Source: Leptospiraceae bacterium
GTDB taxonomy: Bacteria > Spirochaetota > Leptospiria > Leptospirales > Leptonemataceae
Length of the DNA: 64,000 nucleotides
Assembly (NCBI GenBank): GCA_040217195.1
Contig: JAVJNR010000006.1
Coordinates: forward strand, 32,001 to 96,000
Direction: 5' to 3'
The stretch's first letter is position 1; every line of letters starts with the position of its first letter. Under the pieces are notes generated by a model. That model did no database searches. It was not told the origin of the DNA and saw nothing but the letters and a program-made list of their open reading frames with translations. Of the stretch, positions 19,423 to 28,632 are shown one piece after another. The translations under genes and the position numbers were made by a program.

Positions 19423-20511
19423 ATGGCCCGCACATTCATCGTTGCTCCAATCATTTTTTTTTGTATAAGCTGCATTTCCCCCATGAGCAGAGAATCGGCA
19501 GCCGCAGAGCAATTCATGGATCAGATAACGTCAGCCATTGATCAAACCTGCAGAACCGCTCAACCAGTCTCATTCCGGATAAATGATATTGACTCCTTTT
19601 ATATGATTCAAGGGGCCCCGGTGAATCGATCGGGAGATCAGGAGATTCATACGCTGTCCGGTGATAAGCTGGAAGACCTGGGAAAGAATCGTATGAAGCT
19701 TGTTCCAGGCAAAGCTGTGATGATTTCTCTGATAGTCAATGGACAGCAGATCGATGGGACCATGCAGGGGCCTCCCTGTGAGATATCTGTACCGGCCATT
19801 TCCTACAGAGGATCTGATCTGCGGATCGAGCCGCTGGCAGGTGTGTCCGTTCTAGTCATGGCTTCCTATAGAGGTGATCTTGAATCGGTGAGGCGATATC
19901 TGGATGAGAAGGTAGATATCAATGGTCAGAATCAGGTCAGTGCTTTAATTGCTGCAGTCGATGGAAATCGAACCTCTGTGGTGGCCCTTCTATTGCAGAG
20001 AGGAGCGGATCCAAACCTGAAGGCCGATTTTAACGGACAAACGGCGCTTCATTTTGCGGCCAAGAGGGGCAATCTGGGGGTTGTCATTCTATTGCTGGAA
20101 AGCGGGGCCAAACCGGATGCGGTGGACCCTTCTGGTCATACGCCTCTCTGGGGTGCCTCTTTTCAAAATCATCCGCAGGTCATCAGGGCCCTGGTGAACC
20201 ACGGAGCGAATCTACAGCACAAGGATGGAAACGGCAATACCGCCATGTCCATTGCGGCTGCCGGAGGAGGGCGGGAGGCCATCGAAGAACTGTCCGCTCT
20301 GGGCCTGGAGCCAGATCAGCCCAATCGATTTGGTCGCACTCCACTGTTTGACGCTGTGGACCATGGAAAGATCGATGCACTGAAGGCACTTCTGAATCTG
20401 GGGGCGAATCCCAATCAAAGGACAATCAGTGGCAATACACCGCTGCAGGCGGCCCAGAACAATGGACAGACAGTGATCATTCAAATTCTAAGGGATGCGG
20501 GTGCTCGGTAG
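19423..20511 (+). CDS. Ankyrin-repeat protein, probable lipoprotein
   Basis: N-terminal hydrophobic stretch with Cys; repeated G.TPL/TAL..A...G......LL..GA units in the C-terminal half. Confidence 0.85.
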   Translation: MARTFIVAPIIFFCISCISPMSRESAAAEQFMDQITSAIDQTCRTAQPVSFRINDIDSFYMIQGAPVNRSGDQEIHTLSGDKLEDLGKNRMKLVPGKAVMISLIVNGQQIDGTMQGPPCEISVPAISYRGSDLRIEPLAGVSVLVMASYRGDLESVRRYLDEKVDINGQNQVSALIAAVDGNRTSVVALLLQRGADPNLKADFNGQTALHFAAKRGNLGVVILLLESGAKPDAVDPSGHTPLWGASFQNHPQVIRALVNHGANLQHKDGNGNTAMSIAAAGGGREAIEELSALGLEPDQPNRFGRTPLFDAVDHGKIDALKALLNLGANPNQRTISGNTPLQAAQNNGQTVIIQILRDAGAR

Positions 20512-20693
20512 ATTCGAATTCGGGCCCAATCCATGGCCGGAAATCTGGAAATCTCTTGCCCTCCTGAAAGCCTGGGATTATGTCTCATTAGGCTGCCCCG
20601 GGTGCTCCGGAGCCATGCTGCCTGAATCAGGTCGCCTCCTGAATCAGTCTGAACACCGCCCCATTGTACCATCGTAAATTAAGTAAAAAAGTA

Positions 20694-20720
20694 TTGACGT
20701 AACTTTTGTTACCCTATCTT
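20694..20720 (+). promoter_or_regulatory. Candidate lexA promoter with palindrome GTAAC-N4-GTTAC (putative SOS box)
   Basis: TTGACG (20694) and TATCTT (20715), with a short 15 bp spacer, flank the palindrome at 20699-20712, just upstream of lexA. Confidence 0.5.
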
Positions 20721-20730
20721 TTGTGTGGTT

Positions 20731-21345
20731 ATGAAGGATCTCACCGAAAAGCAACAGGCCATACTTAATTTTATTGAAGAATCGATCAGATCCCAGGGAT
20801 ACCCGCCAACCATCCGAGAAATTGGAGATACCTTTAGCATCACAGCTAAAGGAGCCTATGACCATTTAAAGGCCATTGAAAAGAAGGGCTACATTAAGTG
20901 TGTCAAGAATCGAAGTCGGGCTATCGAGCTTTTGAGAACGTCTGCCGGTGGAGAGCCCATGACTCTGGAGCAGACGGTCAGTGTACCGCTGGTAGGTCGC
21001 GTGGCTGCCGGGTTGCCCATTCTGGCTCAGGAAAACATTGAAGAATATCTGGCATTTCCCAAGAATCTGGTACCGGACGGAGGAGTGTTTGCACTTCGAG
21101 TGACCGGCGACTCCATGATCGAAGCAGGCATTCACAATGGCGATATTGCAGTGATCCAGAAGGCTGACACTGCAGAAAATGGAGAGATTGTAGTGGCCCT
21201 GATCGAAGATGAGGCGACTTTGAAATACTTCTATAAAGAAAAGAAGAGAGTCCGCCTTGAGCCTGCCAATCAGGCGTATAAACCGATCTTTGCCACCGAA
21301 GTAATGATCATCGGTAAGTTGGTTGGACTTTACAGACAGTTTTAG
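20731..21345 (+). CDS. lexA: SOS repressor LexA
   Basis: LTEKQ..IL, GYPPTIREIG wHTH, VAAG cleavage site, GDSM (catalytic Ser) and ATLK (catalytic Lys). Confidence 0.95.
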   Translation: MKDLTEKQQAILNFIEESIRSQGYPPTIREIGDTFSITAKGAYDHLKAIEKKGYIKCVKNRSRAIELLRTSAGGEPMTLEQTVSVPLVGRVAAGLPILAQENIEEYLAFPKNLVPDGGVFALRVTGDSMIEAGIHNGDIAVIQKADTAENGEIVVALIEDEATLKYFYKEKKRVRLEPANQAYKPIFATEVMIIGKLVGLYRQF

Positions 21346-21357
21346 AATCCTGGGGAC

Positions 21358-22500
21358 ATGCATCCCGCATTTTTCTATGGGCTTCTAAAGCCTGTATTAT
21401 TCTCTCTGGATCCAGAAAAAGCTCATGAGCTGGTTACCGGTCCTGCCAGAACCCTTATGGGGCTACCGGGTGGGGCAGCCTATCTAAAGGCTACCCTCGG
21501 CTATGAGAGTGATGCCCTGGGTGTACAATGCGCTGGCATCCACTTTCCCGGACCAGTGGGGATGGCTGCCGGATTCGATAAGACCGGGCAACTCTATCCA
21601 TTTCTGGCATCCGCTGGTTTCCATTTCGTTGAATCTGGAACTTTTACTCCCAGACCCCAGGAGGGAAATCCACGGCCCAGGCTTTTTCGCTTTCCGGAAC
21701 AGGGAGTACTCATAAATCGCATGGGCTTTAACAATCCCGGTATGGACCAGGCAAGCAGTGCTTTCGCCGATCAGGATGCAAAGCGAAAGAAATCGGGAAA
21801 GAACAGATCCTGTCCACGAGGAGTGAACATTGGAAAAAATAAAGTTACTCCAAACGATGAGGCCATCCAGGATTATATCAAGGCTTTTCGCTCATTGGAG
21901 CCGTACGCGGATTATATCACAATCAATATAAGCTCTCCGAATACTCCCGGGCTGCGAGACCTTCAGTCTGCAGCATTTCTTGGAGAGTTACTATCAGAGC
22001 TTTCTGGAATCGCAAAGGAAATAGACAGCACAACTCCTATCTTTGTGAAGCTGGCACCGGACATAGATGACAGAGATTTACCGGCATTGATCGAGACTTC
22101 CCTGAATGGATCTGCGGCGGGGTTGATTCTAAGTAATACAACGATTACTCGAGATTTTGTAGGAGCTTCTGAGAAAATGAAATCCACGGAGGGTGGTCTG
22201 TCCGGTTGCCCATTGTTTGCCAGAAGTACCGATCTTCTTCGCAGGACCAGAGAGATTATCGGCTCCTCCGCTTCATTGATAGGCGTTGGAGGTATTGATT
22301 CGCCCAAAACAGCCCTGGCAAAGATACTGGCCGGAGCAGATTTAATTCAAATCTACACTGGCTATATTTTTCAGGGGCCAGTGCTGCCAGCCAGGATCAG
22401 TCGGTTTCTGGACCGGGTCTGCAGGACAGAGGGTTGCACGGTTCCGGACCTAACGGGCAAGGAAAAGGAATTCTCTCACTGGCTCAAGGAAGCCTCCTGA
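21358..22500 (+). CDS. pyrD: Quinone-dependent dihydroorotate dehydrogenase (class 2)
   Basis: DPEKAHE, AAGFDK, GNPRPRLFR, INRMGFNN, NISSPNTPGLR, KLAPD and GGLSG motifs. Confidence 0.93.
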   Translation: MHPAFFYGLLKPVLFSLDPEKAHELVTGPARTLMGLPGGAAYLKATLGYESDALGVQCAGIHFPGPVGMAAGFDKTGQLYPFLASAGFHFVESGTFTPRPQEGNPRPRLFRFPEQGVLINRMGFNNPGMDQASSAFADQDAKRKKSGKNRSCPRGVNIGKNKVTPNDEAIQDYIKAFRSLEPYADYITINISSPNTPGLRDLQSAAFLGELLSELSGIAKEIDSTTPIFVKLAPDIDDRDLPALIETSLNGSAAGLILSNTTITRDFVGASEKMKSTEGGLSGCPLFARSTDLLRRTREIIGSSASLIGVGGIDSPKTALAKILAGADLIQIYTGYIFQGPVLPARISRFLDRVCRTEGCTVPDLTGKEKEFSHWLKEAS

Positions 22501-22544
22501 TGGGAACAGCCTTGACACTGATGTGGCTGAGCCCATAGAAAGAT

Positions 22545-22886
22545 ATGGCCACCGAAGAAAAATCAGGAACCGAACGATCGGTACGGGTCTGGCAAGAACT
22601 GGATCTGGATACAGTTAAGAAGCATTTGCTTCTCATCGATGACCTGTATGGGACCTGCGCAGCCTGTAAGCAAATCGGACTTAACTATCTCAAAGATCCC
22701 AGCTGCAGCGGTTGCGGTACTGAATTCAAATATCTGGCCACAAGATTAAAAGATCCGGCTGAGACCGGAAAAATCCTGAGACGAATCATCAAAGAAAAAT
22801 TACCTCTTACTTTGATAGATAGAGAAGATTACGAAAAGGCTGTAGCAGAAAAGAACCTGGGCGGTCTATTTAAGGAACCGGAATAG
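22545..22886 (+). CDS. Small hypothetical protein with two CxxC motifs (zinc-ribbon-like)
   Basis: CAAC...CSGC; TTGACA at 22512 suggests its own promoter. Confidence 0.7.
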   Translation: MATEEKSGTERSVRVWQELDLDTVKKHLLLIDDLYGTCAACKQIGLNYLKDPSCSGCGTEFKYLATRLKDPAETGKILRRIIKEKLPLTLIDREDYEKAVAEKNLGGLFKEPE

Positions 22887-22943
22887 CCATTACGCCATTT
22901 TGGACGATTGGCTGACCCACCAAGATTAACAATAGATAGTCGT

Positions 22944-24431
22944 CTAACCGGTTCCGCTACCAGCTACCTGGACCTTCTTACTGGAGGGCTCGGAAATATG
23001 TTTTACCGAATCCTTCAAAGGCATTAGATCATAGAAGAAAATAGGGTAGCTTCGGTCTCCATAGATCCTTCGAGCTCGCTCCACATACAGGGCACGGTGT
23101 AGCTCTTTTTCCAGGCTTTTCCTTTTATCCTTTAGATACAGTCCGGCCTTTCTTCGAAGCTTGATGAAATCCTGGTTCAAGTCCGATCGTTGCCAACCTC
23201 GACTCCTGGCTTCATGCCACTGCTGGATGATTTCATCTCTCTGCTGGCTTAGCTTACAGTCCCTGGAAAGAAACCGGGCCGGATCAAAGCGAAGCTCCCT
23301 GAGCTCCAGTTCAACTTCTGATACACTTCGGGAGGCCACAGGCAAATCCGCTCTGGGCTCCATACTGAGACTTGCTGTAGTTACCAGAAACGGGGCTGCA
23401 TCGCATTGAAAGAAATCTGAGATAAGATTTTCGGTGATTCGATCGTATCGGCCACCGCCCGTTCCATGTATGAATAGATCACAGAAGAACAGTCTAAAGA
23501 ATAGACTCGTGGTAACGGCCCTGGGGTAGATGCTTCCCCTTCCGGCCCTTACAGACTGGATGGCTTTCTTAAATCCCTCATCCTGTAGAGGTTCACGGAT
23601 TCCATCTTCAATATACCAGAATGGCAATTCTCCGCTGGCTTCATCCAGATCGGGCAGAGGTTGTGCCTGATTCTTGATCTTTCTTTCCAGTCGGTATCGC
23701 ATGAGTTCCGCATTATATCGATTCCTGAATTCATCGCAGCGTTCAGCTATGAAGGAAGCAAAATAAAGAAAGGCCTCTGAATCAAAAAGAGTTGATGCTC
23801 TTACATCTCTGATCTGCAGGCCCAGTCTTTCATGGGCCAGGCGTCGCAATTCTGTGGACGGATCAAGAATAGAATTCGATTTCATTAATGCATTGCGGTA
23901 TTCCTGAATCATCTTCCTGGTTGCTGCACGAGTGCCTGGTTCCAGAACCAGATGCAGTCCCCTACATGCCTCATCGCAGGCCTTCAGCAAGGCCTGGCGA
24001 TCTCTTTCGGTAAGTTCAAGAGAACCGACAATTCTACTGGAATTACCGTAGCGGACAGTTCGCTTCTGCACCGGCCAACGGGATGTGCCGGCAATGGTAC
24101 TGGAATAATCCAGGTCCATCAAGGATGGATAAGTGAATTCAAGATCCACTTCGTCGGTATCCAGAACTATGTTGTAGGCAACCCCATTGTAGCGGCGGGC
24201 CAGAGCATCAGCCAGAACATCCTTAATCATCAATCCAGGATGATAGAGTACCGGTTGATGACCGGCAGATATTAACAAGCCACAATCTCTGGACCAGCCC
24301 ACACTCTTTCGCAGGGCAATGGCCTGCTCCTTAAGAGTGTCCGGGCAGAGAATTCCGGCCTTGCATTTTTCCAGTCGATTCTGAATCTTCTGGTCCAGAG
24401 AATCGATGTTTTCGGGAAGTGTAATGCTCAA
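22944..24431 (-). CDS. Divergent BshC-like protein (putative cysteine-adding enzyme)
   Basis: SAGHQP, LDTD and FIHGTGGGRYD motifs with a coiled C-terminal region; start overlaps the stop of the bshB1-like gene. Confidence 0.5.
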   Translation of the reverse strand: MSITLPENIDSLDQKIQNRLEKCKAGILCPDTLKEQAIALRKSVGWSRDCGLLISAGHQPVLYHPGLMIKDVLADALARRYNGVAYNIVLDTDEVDLEFTYPSLMDLDYSSTIAGTSRWPVQKRTVRYGNSSRIVGSLELTERDRQALLKACDEACRGLHLVLEPGTRAATRKMIQEYRNALMKSNSILDPSTELRRLAHERLGLQIRDVRASTLFDSEAFLYFASFIAERCDEFRNRYNAELMRYRLERKIKNQAQPLPDLDEASGELPFWYIEDGIREPLQDEGFKKAIQSVRAGRGSIYPRAVTTSLFFRLFFCDLFIHGTGGGRYDRITENLISDFFQCDAAPFLVTTASLSMEPRADLPVASRSVSEVELELRELRFDPARFLSRDCKLSQQRDEIIQQWHEARSRGWQRSDLNQDFIKLRRKAGLYLKDKRKSLEKELHRALYVERARRIYGDRSYPIFFYDLMPLKDSVKHISEPSSKKVQVAGSGTG

Positions 24432-25108
24432 CGGTAACCCTCGGGCCAGTTTTTAAAGAGAGTGATTTCTCTTTGATAGAATGGTTCGGCAGCATCCACT
24501 CCGGCCTGAAATCCCCAGTACTTGTTCTCGTTGAGCACACTTTCTATTAGGTGTTCTTTGCTGCCCGCCTTGAACTGAGATTCATAGCAGTGTATGGCCT
24601 TTCTCTTTTTCTCAATCTGGGCTGAAACATCAAATACGTAGGATGGTTCCATTCGAAGACGGATGTGTACCGGGAAGTAATAGATCACCCGTCGGGGAAA
24701 AAACGGTTCTCCCGGAATGTCTGATTTGGTTAGCTTCGAATAGAACCGTGCAGACTCGGCCAGTTGGCCTGCAGCAATATGATCCGGATGGGCATCCACC
24801 GGATAGGGTGCAAAGATATAATCCGGTTTGAATTTACGAAACTCTGCTGCCAGCTTCTTTCTGTTTTCTATTGTCTCTTCTAGATATCGGTTCGGCATAT
24901 CCAGTGTAATCCTGGGGGCGCCCAGAATTGAGGCAGCCTTCTGGCTTTCTGCGGCTCGAATATCTGGAGAGCCATGAGGAGTGGGTTCCCCATCAGTGAG
25001 ATCCAGAATCTGTACCTCATGGTTTTCCACCAGAGAGGCCACCGTGCCACCCATACCCAGCTCCACATCGTCCGGATGAGCGCCCATACAAAGGATTCGC
25101 ATGCCCAT
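24428..25108 (-). CDS. bshB1: PIG-L family deacetylase, BshB1-like
   Basis: GAHPDDVELGMGGT, DLTDGE, HPDH and YESQF motifs. Confidence 0.7.
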   Translation of the reverse strand: MGMRILCMGAHPDDVELGMGGTVASLVENHEVQILDLTDGEPTPHGSPDIRAAESQKAASILGAPRITLDMPNRYLEETIENRKKLAAEFRKFKPDYIFAPYPVDAHPDHIAAGQLAESARFYSKLTKSDIPGEPFFPRRVIYYFPVHIRLRMEPSYVFDVSAQIEKKRKAIHCYESQFKAGSKEHLIESVLNENKYWGFQAGVDAAEPFYQREITLFKNWPEGYR

Positions 25109-25168
25109 TTAAACAGTTTCGCAAATTATGGTCTGAGGGGAAAGAGAATTGTCAGCATTCTACTGTTA

Positions 25169-26029
25169 TCAGGTCTTCTTTCTGGCCTGAATGCAAATGG
25201 ATCGCAAATTGCACCCTGGACAAACCCGGGAATTCCATCTCCCGGTACAGCCCCCTAGAATGCCCGGTCGTGTGAGAGCAAAATCATACTTCAGCGGATC
25301 CTCCGGATGCACCAGGCTCAGCCCCAGAGAAATCTGAGCTGCCATTTCCCAATCATTCGTTTTTCTCCCAGTGAATTCCAGATTCTGGCCAATTCTTGCC
25401 ATATGGACATCGAGAGGAACAATCAAATCTGCAGGGGAAAAGCTGCGGTAAAGTCCCAGGTCCGGGTAGCCAGTCCGAACCATCCATCTAAGGTACAGGC
25501 ACAGTCTTTTGCGAGCTCCACGTCCGGTGGATTGACCAATCCAGTGCACCAATCCGGATGTTCGTCGGGATTTCGGAATTCCTTCAACGAATGAATGCTG
25601 AAATGCAGATATTCGCTGAAGGGTACTTTCCTGTGGAGTTCCAAAAAACCTTTCCAGCGGCAGTAAATCGGATGGATTTTCTTTAGATTCGAATACCATT
25701 TCTGCCATCCGACGAACAATGGTCTGTACATCAGTGGAGCTCTGGAATCGATAATACGGAAACCTGGTCTTAAGCTTTGTTTTGCTGGCGGCCAGATCCA
25801 ACAGAAAACCATGGGGAGCATCGGTCAGCACTGGCAGCAAATTCCTTAGAAAGGATTGAATGGAGCTGACTCTGCCGTAAGCGAATAGAGCTGCCAGCAA
25901 TGAAACGATCTCCTGATCCTCGGGGGCCCTGGAGATCTGTTCATGCACCAGAGCTAGAGGATCCGAATCCAGAAAATCGCTGGAGTTGTATTGTTGATGC
26001 ATTAACTCCAGAATCTCTTTCATTTTCAA
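25169..26029 (-). CDS. TIGR02757/DUF2400 family protein
   Basis: DPL, AALFAYGRV, KRLCLYLRWMVR, DLG, PLDVH and DPLKYDFAL motifs. Confidence 0.85.
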   Translation of the reverse strand: MKMKEILELMHQQYNSSDFLDSDPLALVHEQISRAPEDQEIVSLLAALFAYGRVSSIQSFLRNLLPVLTDAPHGFLLDLAASKTKLKTRFPYYRFQSSTDVQTIVRRMAEMVFESKENPSDLLPLERFFGTPQESTLQRISAFQHSFVEGIPKSRRTSGLVHWIGQSTGRGARKRLCLYLRWMVRTGYPDLGLYRSFSPADLIVPLDVHMARIGQNLEFTGRKTNDWEMAAQISLGLSLVHPEDPLKYDFALTRPGILGGCTGRWNSRVCPGCNLRSICIQARKKT

Positions 26030-28632
26030 TCCTGATCGAGACCGCCTACGTTGTCGCGAGTGATTTTCACAGATTTGCGTTTGCCCGTAGATTCTGTATT
26101 TTCCTCTAGATCTTCGGATGCATGGGATCCCTTCTCCCGGTCCAGGCGTAGAAAGGATAACAGCGCTGTAAGCGGTCCCTGTCTTGGTGCAAACTCCAGG
26201 GCCAAAAATGTTGTATCATCATCCGGTGAGCGGGAACCACGAAATCGATTTAGCTCTTCCCGGAGTTTTAAATTTATCTCTTCAAGCGGTTTGTCACCTT
26301 CGTCCAGAAGAAACCGTGCGAATCTAGATTCACCGAAGGCTTCTTCATTCGGCGCAAAGGTTTCGAGTACTCCGTCCGAGCAAAGGAATAGACGTTGACC
26401 GGGCCTTAGATCGTAGGTACTGGTGCGATAGGGGCTGGGTAGCACTCCCAGTAATCTCTGAGTGTCTTCTAGTTTAATAATCTGGTCTTCCTGGGGGCTT
26501 CGAATCAACGGTCCTGGATGCGCTGCATTCAAGTATTCCATTTCGCCTTTATCCCGGTCCAGAACAAGTGCAAACAGGGTGAAGAATTCATTACCTTCGT
26601 ATCTATCCAGAAGAAAAGAGTTTAGAGTGTTGACCGTTTCTACCAGGTTAGAGCCACCGGCCAGATGAGATCGCACAATACTACGCATCGCGTTGACCAG
26701 ATACCCGGTACCAAGGCCATGGCCGCTAACGTCCCCCAGAAATACGGCACTCTTGCTTTCATCCAACTCAATGTGATCCAGGTAATCTCCAGTAACACTG
26801 ATTACCGGCAAGTTAAAGTAGGACATTCGAATGCCCGGAGGCAGATTCTCAAAGCTACTGGATACCTGGCGCTGGAATTGGCCGGCCAGATAAACCTCTC
26901 GCATTTTCTGCCTTTTTTCCACTTCCTGAAAAAGAAGAGCAAAATTCTCTACCATCATACCTGCCAGGCGAGATGCCTCCTGGAGATAGCGAATTTCGCT
27001 TAGAAGCAAACCATCCCTGTTTCTGGGCTTTCCTATCAGAAGTGCAGCTCTTGTAGGTAGCTTCAAGCGTTCAGTAAGTGAATTGCTGTTCAGTTTAAAG
27101 TAGGAGTTCTGCTTTTCCTTCTGGGACTTGATTTCTTTCAAATGCTCCTGAAATCTGAGCCGCAAAGAAGGCATTTCCGTTCCTTCGATACCTACAGCCA
27201 GATGAATCCGGTTTCTGTATAGAAACTTATAGAGCTCACCGCGAACCCCCGTTCCATAGGTCAAATAGGATGTGACCACAATTCGCTCAGGAGCCACATG
27301 TCTCCACAGTGGACTACCGTCTGGCAATCTCAGGATTCCTTCCGTGCGAATCCGGAGATCCGGAAAAGTAGATGTGGAAAAAAGCAAATATGCTTTCTCT
27401 ATATTGAGGGTTCGTTCTATCTCTCCAAGGAAGGCGGCTGCAGTGGACTGAATCTTGAGTGGATAGCTCATCAAGCTGGCCAGTCTCTTGAGAGACTCAG
27501 CAAGTTCACCGCTGGGTCGAAGTAATTTCTTATCCAGAATCCTGGAAGTGAAGCGGCGGGCCGGATCCATAAAAAACGTTATGGAAAAGATAATAACAAT
27601 ATGGAGTATCCACCGAGCATCACTCAGGCTTTCCGGCAATACCAGGCTGATGGTGAGCAGGGCCAGACCATAGATTCCAATAAAAACCACCGTTAGAATT
27701 CCGGCCAGGAGCGAACGGGTGAGTATGAGCTGAAACGGAAGCAGATGGATACGATACGTTCCATAGAGCAGGGTTGCTGGAAAAATGAAGAATAATAGCA
27801 CCGGCACAAGGAACGGATCCATGCGCCACAAAAGCATAGTGGTCATGGCAGAAGGCAGTATAAGCCCTACCAATGTACCCAGAACCAGGATCCATTGTTT
27901 GATACGATCGATTCCCTCTGCATCCGTGCGAAATGCGGCTTCAAGTTGAATGGCCAGAACTATCAGTGTAACCGCCAGGTAGAGATAGCCAGCCAGGTAG
28001 GTGAGGTTATGTACACTTTCTTCTCGGTCCGATCCACTATAGGCGAGTAGAGAAAAGAACAGAACAAAGAGCAACTCCCCCAGAGCAAGTTGCTGTGGTA
28101 CTTCCTTTCCTGTAGTGCGAAGACCTAGATTGAGAAGTGCTGGAATCAGCAAAAAACCGGCTACCTGCCAGAGTATCATGCCATCCTGGTAGGCCAGCAG
28201 ATACATTCCGGAGACTATATAAAACACTGTGGCGAAACAAAAACCGGAGAGATGAAAATCATTTCCGTAGCTGAGAAACCAGATTCCACAAAGAAAGGAT
28301 AAAAGAGCATAGAGAATTAAGAGCTTATATATCTCCAAAAAGTCCAGGAGGTCGAAGCGAACCGTCTGGAAGATCTCTTCTCCACCCTGAGAGATAACTC
28401 GATGAATTTGCGGAAAATCCGAGGTTGTGGATCTCTTTAATGCAGGCTTTCCATCTACCAGCATGATTCGATCTGATGGTAATAGATTCGTTTCACTGCT
28501 ATAAACGACGGTGCCATCGGGCAGGTAAAGAAAAGGCAGTCTGTAAACTTCACGGGAAAAGAGCAGGAGGATGGCAGCGCCCATAAGAAAGGCTGCCAGC
28601 GGATATACCCACCGGTTCATGAGAAGACTCAT
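26026..28632 (-). CDS. Membrane-bound PP2C/SpoIIE-family phosphatase with GAF-like region
   Basis: Multiple TM helices, then GDY, GDVSGHG, CSDGV and DDTT catalytic motifs. Confidence 0.88.
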   Translation of the reverse strand: MSLLMNRWVYPLAAFLMGAAILLLFSREVYRLPFLYLPDGTVVYSSETNLLPSDRIMLVDGKPALKRSTTSDFPQIHRVISQGGEEIFQTVRFDLLDFLEIYKLLILYALLSFLCGIWFLSYGNDFHLSGFCFATVFYIVSGMYLLAYQDGMILWQVAGFLLIPALLNLGLRTTGKEVPQQLALGELLFVLFFSLLAYSGSDREESVHNLTYLAGYLYLAVTLIVLAIQLEAAFRTDAEGIDRIKQWILVLGTLVGLILPSAMTTMLLWRMDPFLVPVLLFFIFPATLLYGTYRIHLLPFQLILTRSLLAGILTVVFIGIYGLALLTISLVLPESLSDARWILHIVIIFSITFFMDPARRFTSRILDKKLLRPSGELAESLKRLASLMSYPLKIQSTAAAFLGEIERTLNIEKAYLLFSTSTFPDLRIRTEGILRLPDGSPLWRHVAPERIVVTSYLTYGTGVRGELYKFLYRNRIHLAVGIEGTEMPSLRLRFQEHLKEIKSQKEKQNSYFKLNSNSLTERLKLPTRAALLIGKPRNRDGLLLSEIRYLQEASRLAGMMVENFALLFQEVEKRQKMREVYLAGQFQRQVSSSFENLPPGIRMSYFNLPVISVTGDYLDHIELDESKSAVFLGDVSGHGLGTGYLVNAMRSIVRSHLAGGSNLVETVNTLNSFLLDRYEGNEFFTLFALVLDRDKGEMEYLNAAHPGPLIRSPQEDQIIKLEDTQRLLGVLPSPYRTSTYDLRPGQRLFLCSDGVLETFAPNEEAFGESRFARFLLDEGDKPLEEINLKLREELNRFRGSRSPDDDTTFLALEFAPRQGPLTALLSFLRLDREKGSHASEDLEENTESTGKRKSVKITRDNVGGLDQD

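Noticed and set aside
20621..20648. CCTGAATCAG direct repeat upstream of lexA
   Set aside because: Only two 10-bp copies, well upstream of the putative promoter; could be chance.
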